Of a stretch of 64,000 bases of DNA, positions 36,495 to 46,539 are shown piece after piece. The stretch comes from a virus: IMG/VR virus record IMGVR_UViG_3300035670_000068, positions 32,001 through 96,000 of that record. The stretch is one strand, 5' to 3'. Under the pieces are notes generated by a model, which saw only the letters and a program-made list of their open reading frames with translations, was not told the DNA's origin and did no database searches. Position 1 is the first letter of the stretch; every line of letters starts with the position of its first letter. A program made the translations under genes and the position numbers.

Positions 36495-37493
36495 TCAGTC
36501 GAAGGACAGCGGGGCGTCCTCGTACTCGATCACCTTGTCTTCGAAGAAGTTGGTCTCGATGCCGTGCTCGCGGAGATAGGTGTTGGTCCACTCCAGCGGG
36601 TCTTTGGTGACTTCCGGGAAGACCGGCTCCAGGCCGACAGCACTCACAACCATGTTGGCGTTGTGCATGACGTGGCCATCGACGATGTGGTCAGTCAGGC
36701 CCAGGATGCCACCTTCGATGATGTGCTTGCCCCAGGCCATTTCCATCAGCGCCGCTTCTTTGATGATCTGCCGGCAGTCTTTGAGGACTTGCGGGGTGAA
36801 CAGCTCGGGGCGTTCGGCTTTCAGGTCGCGCCACATGCTGTTGAAGATACGCAGGTGGCTCATTTCATCGCGGTTGATGTAGCGGATGTTCTTGGCGGCG
36901 CCGGCCATCGAGCCACGCTTGTGGACGACGTAGAACACCTTGAAGCCGAACTGGAAGTACACGCCTTCGAGAGCCTGGTTGGCAGCGATAGCGCGGACGA
37001 AGTTCTCGCCGCTGTAGTCGTCGCCCAGGATTTCAGCCATGCGGATGATGTGCTCGTTCTTCTTGCGGAGCAGTTCATCGGTCATGAACAGGTTGTAGGT
37101 CTCGACCGCATCCATTTCGAGGTTGGTGATCATGCGGTCGTAGGTCAGAACGTGGATTTCTTCATCGTAGGTCTGACGGACCAGAGCCATCCGGTATTCC
37201 GGCGCGGTGATGTAGCGACCGATGGAGTTGGCCAGGGTGTTGAGCTGGATGCCGTCCAGGTTGGACAGGAAGCCCAGGTCTTTCTGGATCGCTCGCTTGG
37301 TCTTGGCGTCGAGCTTCTTGTACTGGTTCAGGTCGTCCACAAGCGGCACGTCCCAATGGAACCAGTTATCACGCATGGATTTCTCCATGATCTCCAGCGG
37401 AGCGCGGTATTTCACCGGGCTCATTTGCATCAGCTTGTCTTGCGGGCCGTCGATGATGCGACGGTCTTCGAGGGAAATGAACTCAAGGGTCAT
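36495..37493 (-). CDS. nrdB: Ribonucleotide reductase class I beta subunit
   Basis: Metal ligands NLDGIQ, EEIH..TY, LEGVYF, RDEMSH; TNFFE tail. Confidence 0.93.
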   Translation of the reverse strand: MTLEFISLEDRRIIDGPQDKLMQMSPVKYRAPLEIMEKSMRDNWFHWDVPLVDDLNQYKKLDAKTKRAIQKDLGFLSNLDGIQLNTLANSIGRYITAPEYRMALVRQTYDEEIHVLTYDRMITNLEMDAVETYNLFMTDELLRKKNEHIIRMAEILGDDYSGENFVRAIAANQALEGVYFQFGFKVFYVVHKRGSMAGAAKNIRYINRDEMSHLRIFNSMWRDLKAERPELFTPQVLKDCRQIIKEAALMEMAWGKHIIEGGILGLTDHIVDGHVMHNANMVVSAVGLEPVFPEVTKDPLEWTNTYLREHGIETNFFEDKVIEYEDAPLSFD

Positions 37494-37777
37494 TACTTCT
37501 TCTCGCACTTCTCGGTGTAGTTGAAATCACAGTCCTTCTCGGACGACCCGCCGATAAACAGCGGGAGCCAGGCGTTGCTCGGGGCATGAACCGGAGTGGC
37601 GCTGCTCGAAGATCGAGCCTTAACGATCGGAGGCTTCGCTTGAACTGCAGGAGCTGGTCGAGCGACTACCACCGGCCTGGGTGCAATCACCACAGGGCGA
37701 GCGACAACAACGGGTGCTGCTTGAGCAACCTGAACAAGAGCTGCGGTGATCACCGCAGCCAGAAATTTCATCTTCAT
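37493..37777 (-). CDS. Exported Pro/Ala-rich small protein
   Basis: Signal peptide; PVVVARP repeats. Confidence 0.6.
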   Translation of the reverse strand: MKMKFLAAVITAALVQVAQAAPVVVARPVVIAPRPVVVARPAPAVQAKPPIVKARSSSSATPVHAPSNAWLPLFIGGSSEKDCDFNYTEKCEKK

Positions 37778-37788
37778 TGGCTTCTCGA

Positions 37789-38718
37789 TCAGTGAACGGT
37801 CTTGCTGGCCGGGAACGGGATCACGTTGTCGGTGACAACCTGGCCGGTCGAGTTGCAGGCTTCGCAGTCGGGGTTGCCGCAGCCCTCCCCTTCTTCGAGC
37901 TTGTCTTCGGCGCTGAGAGTCGGGATCGGGCCGAGCACTTCGGTCAGCAACTGGCTGGAGCGCATGGCGAACAGGGTCTGGACAGGTGCCGGGCTTGCGA
38001 TAGCGCTGATGACCGAGATATCGCGGGCGCCTACGATCAACTCGCGAACGCCGGTCATGGAGAAGGCGAAGTTGTCCGGGTCACACATGCGCTTGGTGGC
38101 GATAGCTGCGATAGCGCCGATGATGGCGGCCAAAACGGCAACCTGCGGGCCTTGAGCCTTCATATCTTCGCTCATTTGAGTAGCGACTTCGGCTTGCTCC
38201 AGGGCGAACGCTTCGGAGCCGCCAGCGATTGCGGACCAGTGTTCAACCAGCTTGGACAGCGGGCCTTCCACCTTGACCAGCTTGTAGCCGGTGACTTCTT
38301 CGCCGCCTTCGGTCGCGATCTTCTCGGCGCGAATCTTCTCGACCAGAGCCTTCGACTCTTCGTCGAGCTCGCTCTCTTCGCCTTCGAACTTGATGTGCTT
38401 GTCGATGCCATCGAGGGTGATGGCATGAGCCAGCTTGGCCATGCGCTTCGAGAAGAAGTCCATGTACAGGCCGGTCAGCTTGTGCTGAGCCTGAGCCAGC
38501 TCTTCGCCGTCGCTGCGAGCGTCAGCCTCTGCAGGCGTCTGGATGTAGTAGTTGACGTTGGCGATCAGCAGGTCGCGAGTCGCTTGAACGAAGGCAGGGC
38601 CGTCGCTGCTTGCGATCAGGCGGTTCTGCATGAAGCCTGGAACCAGGAAGTCGATGACGATCTCCTGGATCGATTCGTTTTCTTTGGGCTGGAACATCGC
38701 CGGATCGGGCTTTTTCAT
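37789..38718 (-). CDS. Hypothetical acidic protein
   Basis: 309 aa; CxxxxCxxC near the C-terminus; operator-like site at 38734-38751 upstream. Confidence 0.75.
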   Translation of the reverse strand: MKKPDPAMFQPKENESIQEIVIDFLVPGFMQNRLIASSDGPAFVQATRDLLIANVNYYIQTPAEADARSDGEELAQAQHKLTGLYMDFFSKRMAKLAHAITLDGIDKHIKFEGEESELDEESKALVEKIRAEKIATEGGEEVTGYKLVKVEGPLSKLVEHWSAIAGGSEAFALEQAEVATQMSEDMKAQGPQVAVLAAIIGAIAAIATKRMCDPDNFAFSMTGVRELIVGARDISVISAIASPAPVQTLFAMRSSQLLTEVLGPIPTLSAEDKLEEGEGCGNPDCEACNSTGQVVTDNVIPFPASKTVH

Positions 38719-38876
38719 CTTGATCTCTCTAGATAACTAAGTAGTTAGTGCTCGGGGGTATGTGAGGGTTCACGTCCCGCCCGCTCTTTTTTGCTTGCGT
38801 GAGAATTATCACTCAGCAGTTAGTTAAAAGAAAGAGCGGGAGACTAGCCCCCGCTCTCTTGCCTATCAGCTACCGC

Positions 38877-41123
38877 TTACTGGCAGGCTTCGCACTCAAA
38901 ACCCTCGACAGCCGGAGCCGGCGCTTTCTTGAGGATGTTGGCGTCTTGGCTCTGCTGCTCGGTGGCTTTCTGGATGCGCAGGTAGTAGGTCGTCTTGACG
39001 CCCTTCTTCCAGCAGCGGCGATACCAGGCGTCCAGGTCTTTGCCGTTCTTGCCCTTCGCCATGAAGATGTTGAGCGACTGAGACTGGTCGATCCACTTCT
39101 GACGCACAGCTGCGGCATCGATGGAGTATTCCTGGCTCACTTCCCACACGGTCTTTTCCAGCTCCGGGCGGTTGTGCTTGCGCAGCGGGCTCACCTGGAC
39201 GAACACACCGGACAGGTTCTCCTTCACGGTTTCGCGCTCGTTGATCGGCTCGATGCAGGCGGTGGTGCCAACTATGTTGGAGATCGTCGCGGTCGGCGCA
39301 ATCGAGGTGATGTTCGAGTTGCGAATGCCGGTGGTCTTGACCTTGTGGCGCAGGAAGTCCCACTCGGTCTTGCCGAACACATGGCAAGTCTTGTCGCGGG
39401 CGTGGTCGATGGTCAGTAGACCCTGACTCCAGGTCGAACCCTTGAAGGTCGGGTAGGCGCCGCGCTCGATGGCCAGATCAGCGGAGGCGTCGATGGAGTA
39501 GTAGGAGATTTCTTCGAACAGGCGGTCAGCCCAATCGATATGCTCCTGGCTGTCCCAATCGATACCGCACTGAACCATCGCTTCCTGGTAGCCCATGACA
39601 CCCAGGCCGACCGGGCGATGCTGCAGGTTCGACCGCTTGGCTTCTGCAGTCGGGTAGAAGTTGATATCCACCACGTTGTCGAGCATCCGAACAGCGGTGC
39701 GGACGGTCTTGCGCAGCTTCTTGCTGTCGATCTGACCGTTCGGCAGCACATGGCGAGCCAGGTTGATCGAGCCCAGGTTGCAGACGAACACCTCGTCCTT
39801 GCTGTTGTTCAGGGTGATCTCGGTGCAGAGGTTGGAGTTATGGATCACACCAACGTGAGCCTGCGGGTTGCGGCGGTTGCACTCGTCCTTGAAGGTGATC
39901 CAGGGGTTGCCGGTGCGGAACAGCTTGTCCAGCAGGTAGCGCCACAGGTGCTGAGCCTTGACCACCTTGCGAGCCAGACCGGCAGCTTCTGCTTTCTCGT
40001 AGGCGGCCTTGAAGGCGCTGCCGTACAGATCGTGCAGGCTCGGCACATCGTTCGGGCAGAACAGAGACCAGTCGCCATCTTGATCCAGGCGCTCCATGAA
40101 CAGGTCAGGAATCCAGCCAGCCGGGAAGATATCGTGAGTACGCAGGTGCTCGTCGCCGGTCTTGAGCTTGAGGTCGCAGAACTCGTAGATATCCGAGTGC
40201 CACATCTCCAGATACGGAGCGAAGGCGCCCTTGCGCTTGCCGCCCTGGTTCACCGCGACGGCCACGTCGTTGTAGATTTTCAGGAACGGAACCACGCCAG
40301 CGGATTCGCCGTTGGTGGACTCGATGATCGAGCCTGCAGAGCGAACCGGAGTCCAGGAGGTGCCGATGCCGCCTGCGAACTTGGACAGCATGGCGTTCTG
40401 CTTGAAGCCCAGGTCGAAGATTTGCTCCAGGTCGTCCGGCACCATGCCGCCGTAGCAGCTGGACAACTGCGGGAAGCGAGTCGCGGCGTTGAACAGTGTC
40501 GGAGTCGAAGCCATGTAGTCGAACTCGGACAGCACGTCATAGAACTCGACGGCGCGGTCGGTCGGGTTGTCTTCGTTCAGCGCCAGGCCCATCGCTACAC
40601 GCATCAGGAAGTGCTGCGGCAGCTCGTAGGTCTTCTTGCGCTTACCGACGATGGCCGGCTCTTTCAGCAGGTAGCGGTCGTTCAGGGTACGAATGCCCTG
40701 GAAGGTGAAGTAGAAGTCGCGCTCGGGCTTGATAGCCTGGTTCAGCGCGCTCAGGTTGAAGCGACCGTCCACCAGGCGCTCGTCGATCTGGTTGAACGAA
40801 CGGCCCTTGCTCAGATAGGACATGAGGGTCGGGTACTCGATGCCACCGCCAGTCACCTCTTTGTAGATGGACTGCAGGGTCAGGCGAGCGGCCACGAAAT
40901 CGAAGTCCGGCTGCTTGGCAGAGATCAGACCGGAGGCGGTCATGATCAGAGCGTCAGCGATCTCTTTGGTACTCATGCCGTCGTAGAACTGGATGTTCAG
41001 GTTGGCTTCGAGTTCGCTTTGGCTCACGTCCAGGCCCTCGCAGGCCCAGGCTGTGTGCGCTTGAATCTTGGTCGGGTCAAACGGCTTCACATCGCCGTTC
41101 GCTTTTACAACGTGCATTCGCAC
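38877..41123 (-). CDS. nrdA: Ribonucleotide reductase class Ia alpha subunit with ATP cone
   Basis: N-terminal VVKANG ATP cone, STPTLFN, QLSSC, SNLCTEI, VCNLGSINL, IAPTATIS, KTTYY, C-terminal CEAC. Confidence 0.97.
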   Translation of the reverse strand: MRMHVVKANGDVKPFDPTKIQAHTAWACEGLDVSQSELEANLNIQFYDGMSTKEIADALIMTASGLISAKQPDFDFVAARLTLQSIYKEVTGGGIEYPTLMSYLSKGRSFNQIDERLVDGRFNLSALNQAIKPERDFYFTFQGIRTLNDRYLLKEPAIVGKRKKTYELPQHFLMRVAMGLALNEDNPTDRAVEFYDVLSEFDYMASTPTLFNAATRFPQLSSCYGGMVPDDLEQIFDLGFKQNAMLSKFAGGIGTSWTPVRSAGSIIESTNGESAGVVPFLKIYNDVAVAVNQGGKRKGAFAPYLEMWHSDIYEFCDLKLKTGDEHLRTHDIFPAGWIPDLFMERLDQDGDWSLFCPNDVPSLHDLYGSAFKAAYEKAEAAGLARKVVKAQHLWRYLLDKLFRTGNPWITFKDECNRRNPQAHVGVIHNSNLCTEITLNNSKDEVFVCNLGSINLARHVLPNGQIDSKKLRKTVRTAVRMLDNVVDINFYPTAEAKRSNLQHRPVGLGVMGYQEAMVQCGIDWDSQEHIDWADRLFEEISYYSIDASADLAIERGAYPTFKGSTWSQGLLTIDHARDKTCHVFGKTEWDFLRHKVKTTGIRNSNITSIAPTATISNIVGTTACIEPINERETVKENLSGVFVQVSPLRKHNRPELEKTVWEVSQEYSIDAAAVRQKWIDQSQSLNIFMAKGKNGKDLDAWYRRCWKKGVKTTYYLRIQKATEQQSQDANILKKAPAPAVEGFECEACQ

Positions 41124-41369
41124 TCCTTACATCATGTGGGGGTTTATGGGTTTCTCTGAACCCAGATATTGTATCTGCTAACTAACGATTTAGTTAGCAG
41201 GTTAGTTAAACGGGATCGACTAAATTTTTCAGCCAGTCGATGACTTCCTTGTGAGCAGTCACCTTGCAGCCCGATTGCCAGTCGATGAACATGAACAGCG
41301 GAGTCAGAGCCAGTGCGAAGGGGAGCATGACCAGAGCCGCTACTACCCGCGCAAGCCTGTTCAGCGCTT

Positions 41370-41927
41370 TCATGCTGCTACCCGCCGCATCATCGCAACG
41401 ATGGCCTGGAACTCGCTGTTCTGCAGACCGGCGTTGATCGCGCCGATGGCGTCAGCCATGTGCTCGTTGTCATCGATCAGACGACCCCTGCTGGTCAGCC
41501 ATCCGGCGTTCGGGAACAGATTGAAAGCCCAATCGATCATTTCCCGCTTCGTGGCGTTCTTGTCGTCCACTGCGGCGATCTTGACCTCGTTTGGCGTCAG
41601 CTGGATCACCGGAATGTCGAGTGCAGCGACCAAGGCCATGCAGGCGCCGTAACTCATCATTGCCCGAGCAGACTGACTGCCCACGGGCATTTCAACGAAT
41701 GCGATACGGGCGCTCTTCTCTGCCTCCTTCAAACCAAGATACTGCGCACGGCAGCGGTCGAGGTCATCGGAGTTTTTCCGCGTGGTCTTGGACTTTGCGG
41801 CAGAAGTCTTGACGAGGCTGACTTTTTCAACCTCAAAACTCATTGTATCTAAGTCCAATTTGGCATGTGCGAAACCGAAGTTTCGCAATGCCGGGTCAAC
41901 ACCTATTACCTGGATGATATTGCTCAT
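41370..41927 (-). CDS. RuvC-like Holliday junction resolvase
   Basis: IGVDPALRNFG, FVEMP, P.EVK, K.EMI, HMADA. Confidence 0.85.
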   Translation of the reverse strand: MSNIIQVIGVDPALRNFGFAHAKLDLDTMSFEVEKVSLVKTSAAKSKTTRKNSDDLDRCRAQYLGLKEAEKSARIAFVEMPVGSQSARAMMSYGACMALVAALDIPVIQLTPNEVKIAAVDDKNATKREMIDWAFNLFPNAGWLTSRGRLIDDNEHMADAIGAINAGLQNSEFQAIVAMMRRVAA

Positions 41928-41931
41928 GCTC

Positions 41932-42717
41932 TTATCCAAACATGCCAATGGGATACTTCGCTTCTTCGGTTTCGATAACGCCCACGCCAACGTATGTGTC
42001 CTGTTCGCCACTTACGCCGAAGAAAGAGAAGCCGTTTTCAAATAGGAACTTCACGGCCTCTTCGATTGAGGCCAGATATTCCGAGTTGTGTGTCATGAAC
42101 TCGATTACCGGGCCTCTGCGCTTTTGCAGCCAAGCCTTGTCGAGCATTTCCCCATAAGGGGCCATGTACATTTCTTCAAATACGGTGTCGGTTTGCGGAT
42201 CACGACGCTTGCGGCCTTTGTAGAGAAGTCCGACGCCCTGTTTCTTGTCCGTCTCGAAGACCGAAATACCCTCAAGCCGGCACTCGCGAAGGTCCACGAA
42301 CATCATGTTGCGGCGCTCAAGCGGGCCGGACACTTCGCCTTCCGAATCCAGCCAGCCGGCGTGCAGAGAAATCCGCTCGCGGTTGCCTTCCAGGTGAGCC
42401 AGGTTGGAGCTGGTCCCACGAACTGTCTGGAACCAGCTATAGCAGTCCTTGTGGCGCTCGATCATCTTGGAGAGAAGGTGCCGAACGTCTCGAACCTTCT
42501 CGGAGTCGGTGATCTCCGACAGCTTTGTCAGCACCTCTTCATGAGCGCTAACCAGGAACAGCGCGTAGTCGGAGAGAAACGTATTTTTGATCTCCATGCG
42601 CTGATCAATCACGTCGGCAATGAAGTCATCCGAAGCGTTGTCCAGTACGTCTCGCATGGAGGTCAAAAATGCGGGGAGAGTTTCCCCTTCGAGTAAATAC
42701 CCCTTCAAACTAAGCAC
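41932..42717 (-). CDS. Hypothetical protein, C-terminal IGMFG
   Basis: 261-aa ORF; start uncertain. Confidence 0.7.
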   Translation of the reverse strand: MLSLKGYLLEGETLPAFLTSMRDVLDNASDDFIADVIDQRMEIKNTFLSDYALFLVSAHEEVLTKLSEITDSEKVRDVRHLLSKMIERHKDCYSWFQTVRGTSSNLAHLEGNRERISLHAGWLDSEGEVSGPLERRNMMFVDLRECRLEGISVFETDKKQGVGLLYKGRKRRDPQTDTVFEEMYMAPYGEMLDKAWLQKRRGPVIEFMTHNSEYLASIEEAVKFLFENGFSFFGVSGEQDTYVGVGVIETEEAKYPIGMFG

Positions 42718-42721
42718 TTAG

Positions 42722-43444
42722 TTACCCCCAAGTTCCAAAGTTTTCAACCTTCTCGTAGCGCTTATTCGCCTCTTCGAGAGCCTTCCGGCGCGCTTCTTTC
42801 GGTCTGAGCATCCGGTGTAGTTGCTCGAAGGCACCCTTCACGCGCTCGGCGTTATTCGCGTGAGCAACCAACTTCTGAACGTAAGCCTTCAACTCTGGCG
42901 AGTAGTCGCCCAGGTCAGAAAGGGCGATGGCCAATACTGCCGAGTTGTGCTTGTTGACCACGTTGACCTGGTGCGACGGGAAGTCCTTGTGCGGCCAGGC
43001 TCGGAAGGTAATCACGACCTCGTAGCTCATGAGCTTCGCGGCGACCGGGTAGAACGCCCAATCTTCTGTGAAGGCGACGTTCACCGGGTTCAGCTTGGCG
43101 TCACCGCCGATCACGCTGAACTTGTGGTTCGGTTTACTGGGCGAGAAACCAACGCCAAGCGTTTTCTCGAAAACATTGGTCAGCTCGCAGACCAGGTTGA
43201 TATAGGCGCTCTCGTTCAGCTCGATGATCTCGTCGCCTACATGAACGTCCTCTTCCGCCAGGGTTCTCAGCGCTTCAATCACCGGCGCTGAGCCAAGCTT
43301 CGATCTACCGACCCGGAACGAGGTGTCTCGCCCGGTGCGGTAGTGTCGGATCAGGTCTTTGTTCAGAAGAGCTCGGTTGAACTCTTCTTTGCGGTCCTCC
43401 CACTGCTGATCCAGTGGGATCGCTCCATGTCGAATCAGAGGCAT
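42722..43444 (-). CDS. Hypothetical protein, C-terminal FGTWG
   Basis: GGAG RBS; overlaps the sbcC end. Confidence 0.75.
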   Translation of the reverse strand: MPLIRHGAIPLDQQWEDRKEEFNRALLNKDLIRHYRTGRDTSFRVGRSKLGSAPVIEALRTLAEEDVHVGDEIIELNESAYINLVCELTNVFEKTLGVGFSPSKPNHKFSVIGGDAKLNPVNVAFTEDWAFYPVAAKLMSYEVVITFRAWPHKDFPSHQVNVVNKHNSAVLAIALSDLGDYSPELKAYVQKLVAHANNAERVKGAFEQLHRMLRPKEARRKALEEANKRYEKVENFGTWG

Positions 43445-45372
43445 ACGGACTCCAGATAAGACTTGCCTCCCTTCTTGGTGATGGTGATCGAGTTGCGAAT
43501 CCAGTCACGCAAGTCGCTGTGGCTAATTACAAGGACAGTCCCCTTGTCGTGGGACTTCTCTTCCAGGATCGTCATCAGTCGCTCCAGACCAGCCGGGTCC
43601 AGGGCGTGATCGATCTCGTCTGCGATGAAAATCTTGATCGGCTTGCTGGCTCTGCTCGACACCAGGTCTTGTAGCGCCATTGCGCAAGCCAGGCGAACCT
43701 TCCGCTTCTCGCCACCCGACAAGCCCTTGAACGACTCGGCGCCTGTTGCAGACACCACGTCGATGCTGAACTTCTCGCGCAGCTCACCCTTCGAGGTGGT
43801 GCTGATCGTCGACCAGACGGCGGTGATGTTGCCGTCAGTGAGCGCAGACAGGTAGTGAGAGGTTCGGCTGTTCAGATACGGCGTCACTGTGTCCAGGATG
43901 TGCGCTCGAACACCTGCAGGGCCGAACACCCGGACGGCTTCTGCAGCAACGTCAGCCTTGATCTGAGCTGTCTCCTGGTGAGCCTCAAGCGCTTCGAGGT
44001 TTTTCTCAGCCTTGTCGATGGACTCGCGAACATGGCTCAGCATCTTGAGGTAGGGGTTTTCCTGTTCCTCGATCTGCTTGCACTCAGCTTGAGCCCGAGC
44101 GAGCCGAGCCTTCTTGTCCTGCTCGTTCCGAAGGGCGGTCTGGAGCTTCGTGCGCTTAGCGCTCAGAGCTTCGATTTCAGCGACGGTAGCGCTAACGTCT
44201 GTCATCGTAGCGACGAAAGCAGAAAGCGCATCAGAAGCGAGCCCAGCGCGTTTCTCAGCGTCTTCCAGCTCAGCTCTCAGACGTTTAGCTTCATGAGCTT
44301 TTTCCAGGGCGACTTTCTTGGCAGCATCTTTCGCACCGGCAACGTCAGTCGCCTCGATCACATGACCGCACTCACCGCAGGGCGAGCCCACTTTGGCGTC
44401 AGCGTGCTCGAAGGCGTGCTTGGCTTTCTGAGCGTCAGCCAGGGCGCGGTCGTAGTCACGCTTGGCGGTGATTACAGCCGAGCTGGTGTTGTGAGCATCC
44501 CGGCGAAGATCGGCTTCTTTCTTCTTCTCTTCTCCAACAGAAGCGATCTGCCCCTGCAGGTCCAGGATTTGAGAAGCGATCTCGACCAGCTTGCTCTCGA
44601 TCTTGCCTTCCATAGCCGGGTCAATCGAGCCAGAGATATCGCGGAGCTCGATTGTCTTGGCTTCAACGTCGAGCTTGCGCTTCGCTTCGAAGGCGTCGCG
44701 GTTCTTCTCGGCTGTTTCCAGCTGATCATCCAGAGTGGTGATTGCAGCTCTGGCACTTGCGATCTTGCCGCTGATCTCTGCGAGGGCGTTCTTGGCGTCA
44801 GAGTGCTTGGTCTTGGCCGCTTCGAATGCAGCCTGCAGGCCGTTGATGCCAGCTGCTTCTTCGACCAGGAGCTTGAGCTGCTTGTCGGTCATGCCGGGTA
44901 GATCAGGCATTGCCTCCTGACCGGCATAAATTGCGCTCGCGAACACCTCATGAGTACAGCCGATGACCTTGTTGACGACTTCCTGGGTGAGCTTGTCGGT
45001 GCCTTTGGTGAGGTCTTTCCAGCTCTCCCCTTCCTGAATCTCCAGGCGCAGCATGTTCTTGTAGGCCTTGTCCTTGCGGTAGCGGCTCACTCGATACACG
45101 GCGCCGGCTTCGTCCAGGAGCTCGACGACAACCTGGGTGCCCTTCTTCTCGGTGCGGTTGACCACAGCATCGCCAGTTTCACCGCGAGCCGTCTCACCGT
45201 AGAACGCCCAGCAGAGCGCTTCGGCAACAGTAGACTTACCGGCTCCGTTCGAGGCCTGGCTGCTGTCGTCTTCGTTGTTGCCTTGAATCAGGATCAGACC
45301 CTTGTCGTTCAGCGGCAGAGCAGCTTCGCCAACGGCCATGAAGTTCTTGATGGACAGATTGAGGATTTTCAC
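43435..45372 (-). CDS. SbcC/Rad50 (gp46-like) ATPase
   Basis: NGAGKS, coiled coil with CGEC hook, LSGGE, ADE, ISH. Confidence 0.93.
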   Translation of the reverse strand: MKILNLSIKNFMAVGEAALPLNDKGLILIQGNNEDDSSQASNGAGKSTVAEALCWAFYGETARGETGDAVVNRTEKKGTQVVVELLDEAGAVYRVSRYRKDKAYKNMLRLEIQEGESWKDLTKGTDKLTQEVVNKVIGCTHEVFASAIYAGQEAMPDLPGMTDKQLKLLVEEAAGINGLQAAFEAAKTKHSDAKNALAEISGKIASARAAITTLDDQLETAEKNRDAFEAKRKLDVEAKTIELRDISGSIDPAMEGKIESKLVEIASQILDLQGQIASVGEEKKKEADLRRDAHNTSSAVITAKRDYDRALADAQKAKHAFEHADAKVGSPCGECGHVIEATDVAGAKDAAKKVALEKAHEAKRLRAELEDAEKRAGLASDALSAFVATMTDVSATVAEIEALSAKRTKLQTALRNEQDKKARLARAQAECKQIEEQENPYLKMLSHVRESIDKAEKNLEALEAHQETAQIKADVAAEAVRVFGPAGVRAHILDTVTPYLNSRTSHYLSALTDGNITAVWSTISTTSKGELREKFSIDVVSATGAESFKGLSGGEKRKVRLACAMALQDLVSSRASKPIKIFIADEIDHALDPAGLERLMTILEEKSHDKGTVLVISHSDLRDWIRNSITITKKGGKSYLESVCL

Positions 45373-46442
45373 AGCTCGACCGCCTCTACTTCATTCATGA
45401 TTTCCTCACAGAGCTTGGAAACTTCCTCTTTGTGAAGACCGATGTTGTGCGTCACCCACTCTTCGATGGACTGGCGAATAGTCGGGGCGCTGCTGACGGA
45501 CACCGCTCGGGTGGTCGCTGCAGTCTTGGGAACCGGGATTGCTTGCACGACGCAACCAACTGCATCGAGAGCCATAACGTGATCGCGGATCATGGTCACT
45601 TCCTCGTCGGAAGCTGAGCCCAGGCGAACACGCACGAAGTTGCCGGCGCACTTGTCTGCCGCCTCTGCAACGTCCCAGGAGCTGTCGTAGTCGATGAACT
45701 TGGGCGCCTTGCTCTCGTAGAAGAAAACCCCCTCGTCGTTGACGATGGAGTAACCCGCTTTGGTGTTCACGTCGTTCCAGGTCTGGTGAGTCAGAGCGCC
45801 TACGCTGTAGACCTTCCCGCTCTCGAACGACTTGTGGTTGTGGTAGTGGCCACAGAAGACTCGCTTGAAGCCATGCTTGGCCAGCTCAGCAGCCCAGAAG
45901 CCATGATCAGGAAGCCCTGCAATCACGCCGTTCACCGGGACATGCAGAACCAGGGTCCACTCATGCTCAGCGCCACTCAGCTCGGTGAGGATCGATTCGA
46001 TCTCGGCGCGTACCCGGTCCATGCTGTCGTACCAGGGAATCATGGCCACCTTCTCGTCACCGAACAGCTTGGGTTCAGAGACGACAATGACGCCATCGAT
46101 CGTGCGCAGCGCTTCGCAGGCGCTCGACATAGCCTCAGAGTCACGCGACTCCAGGTCGTGATTGCCGGTCAGCACGCGAATGCACAAGCCATGCTTGTTG
46201 GTCAGCTTTCTGAATAGGTCGATAGCGGGGTTGAGGACGGTCGGGCTGACAGAGCCGCGAACGTGAAAGAGATCGCCCGCGATGTACAGCGTCTTGCCGC
46301 CATTCGCTTTCACCTTCATGCCGGCGTTTTCGATCTCGTCGAGAATGTGGCCGAGACGGCTGTTCAGCCCGTCAGCTGTCGTCGTTGCGAATTGGCTCCA
46401 GTTGTGCAGATGCACGTCGGAGCAGATACCGAACGGTTTCAT
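45369..46442 (-). CDS. SbcD/Mre11 (gp47-like) nuclease
   Basis: SDVH, GDLFH, GNHD, GHYH. Confidence 0.92.
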   Translation of the reverse strand: MKPFGICSDVHLHNWSQFATTTADGLNSRLGHILDEIENAGMKVKANGGKTLYIAGDLFHVRGSVSPTVLNPAIDLFRKLTNKHGLCIRVLTGNHDLESRDSEAMSSACEALRTIDGVIVVSEPKLFGDEKVAMIPWYDSMDRVRAEIESILTELSGAEHEWTLVLHVPVNGVIAGLPDHGFWAAELAKHGFKRVFCGHYHNHKSFESGKVYSVGALTHQTWNDVNTKAGYSIVNDEGVFFYESKAPKFIDYDSSWDVAEAADKCAGNFVRVRLGSASDEEVTMIRDHVMALDAVGCVVQAIPVPKTAATTRAVSVSSAPTIRQSIEEWVTHNIGLHKEEVSKLCEEIMNEVEAVEL

Positions 46443-46539
46443 TGGTTAGTGACTCCTGTTTGACTGCTGTCAGTGTAACTAACTTGTGAGTGATTTTGTA
46501 TAGCGGAAAGACGGTATCCGAGCAGATACCGTCAGGTTG

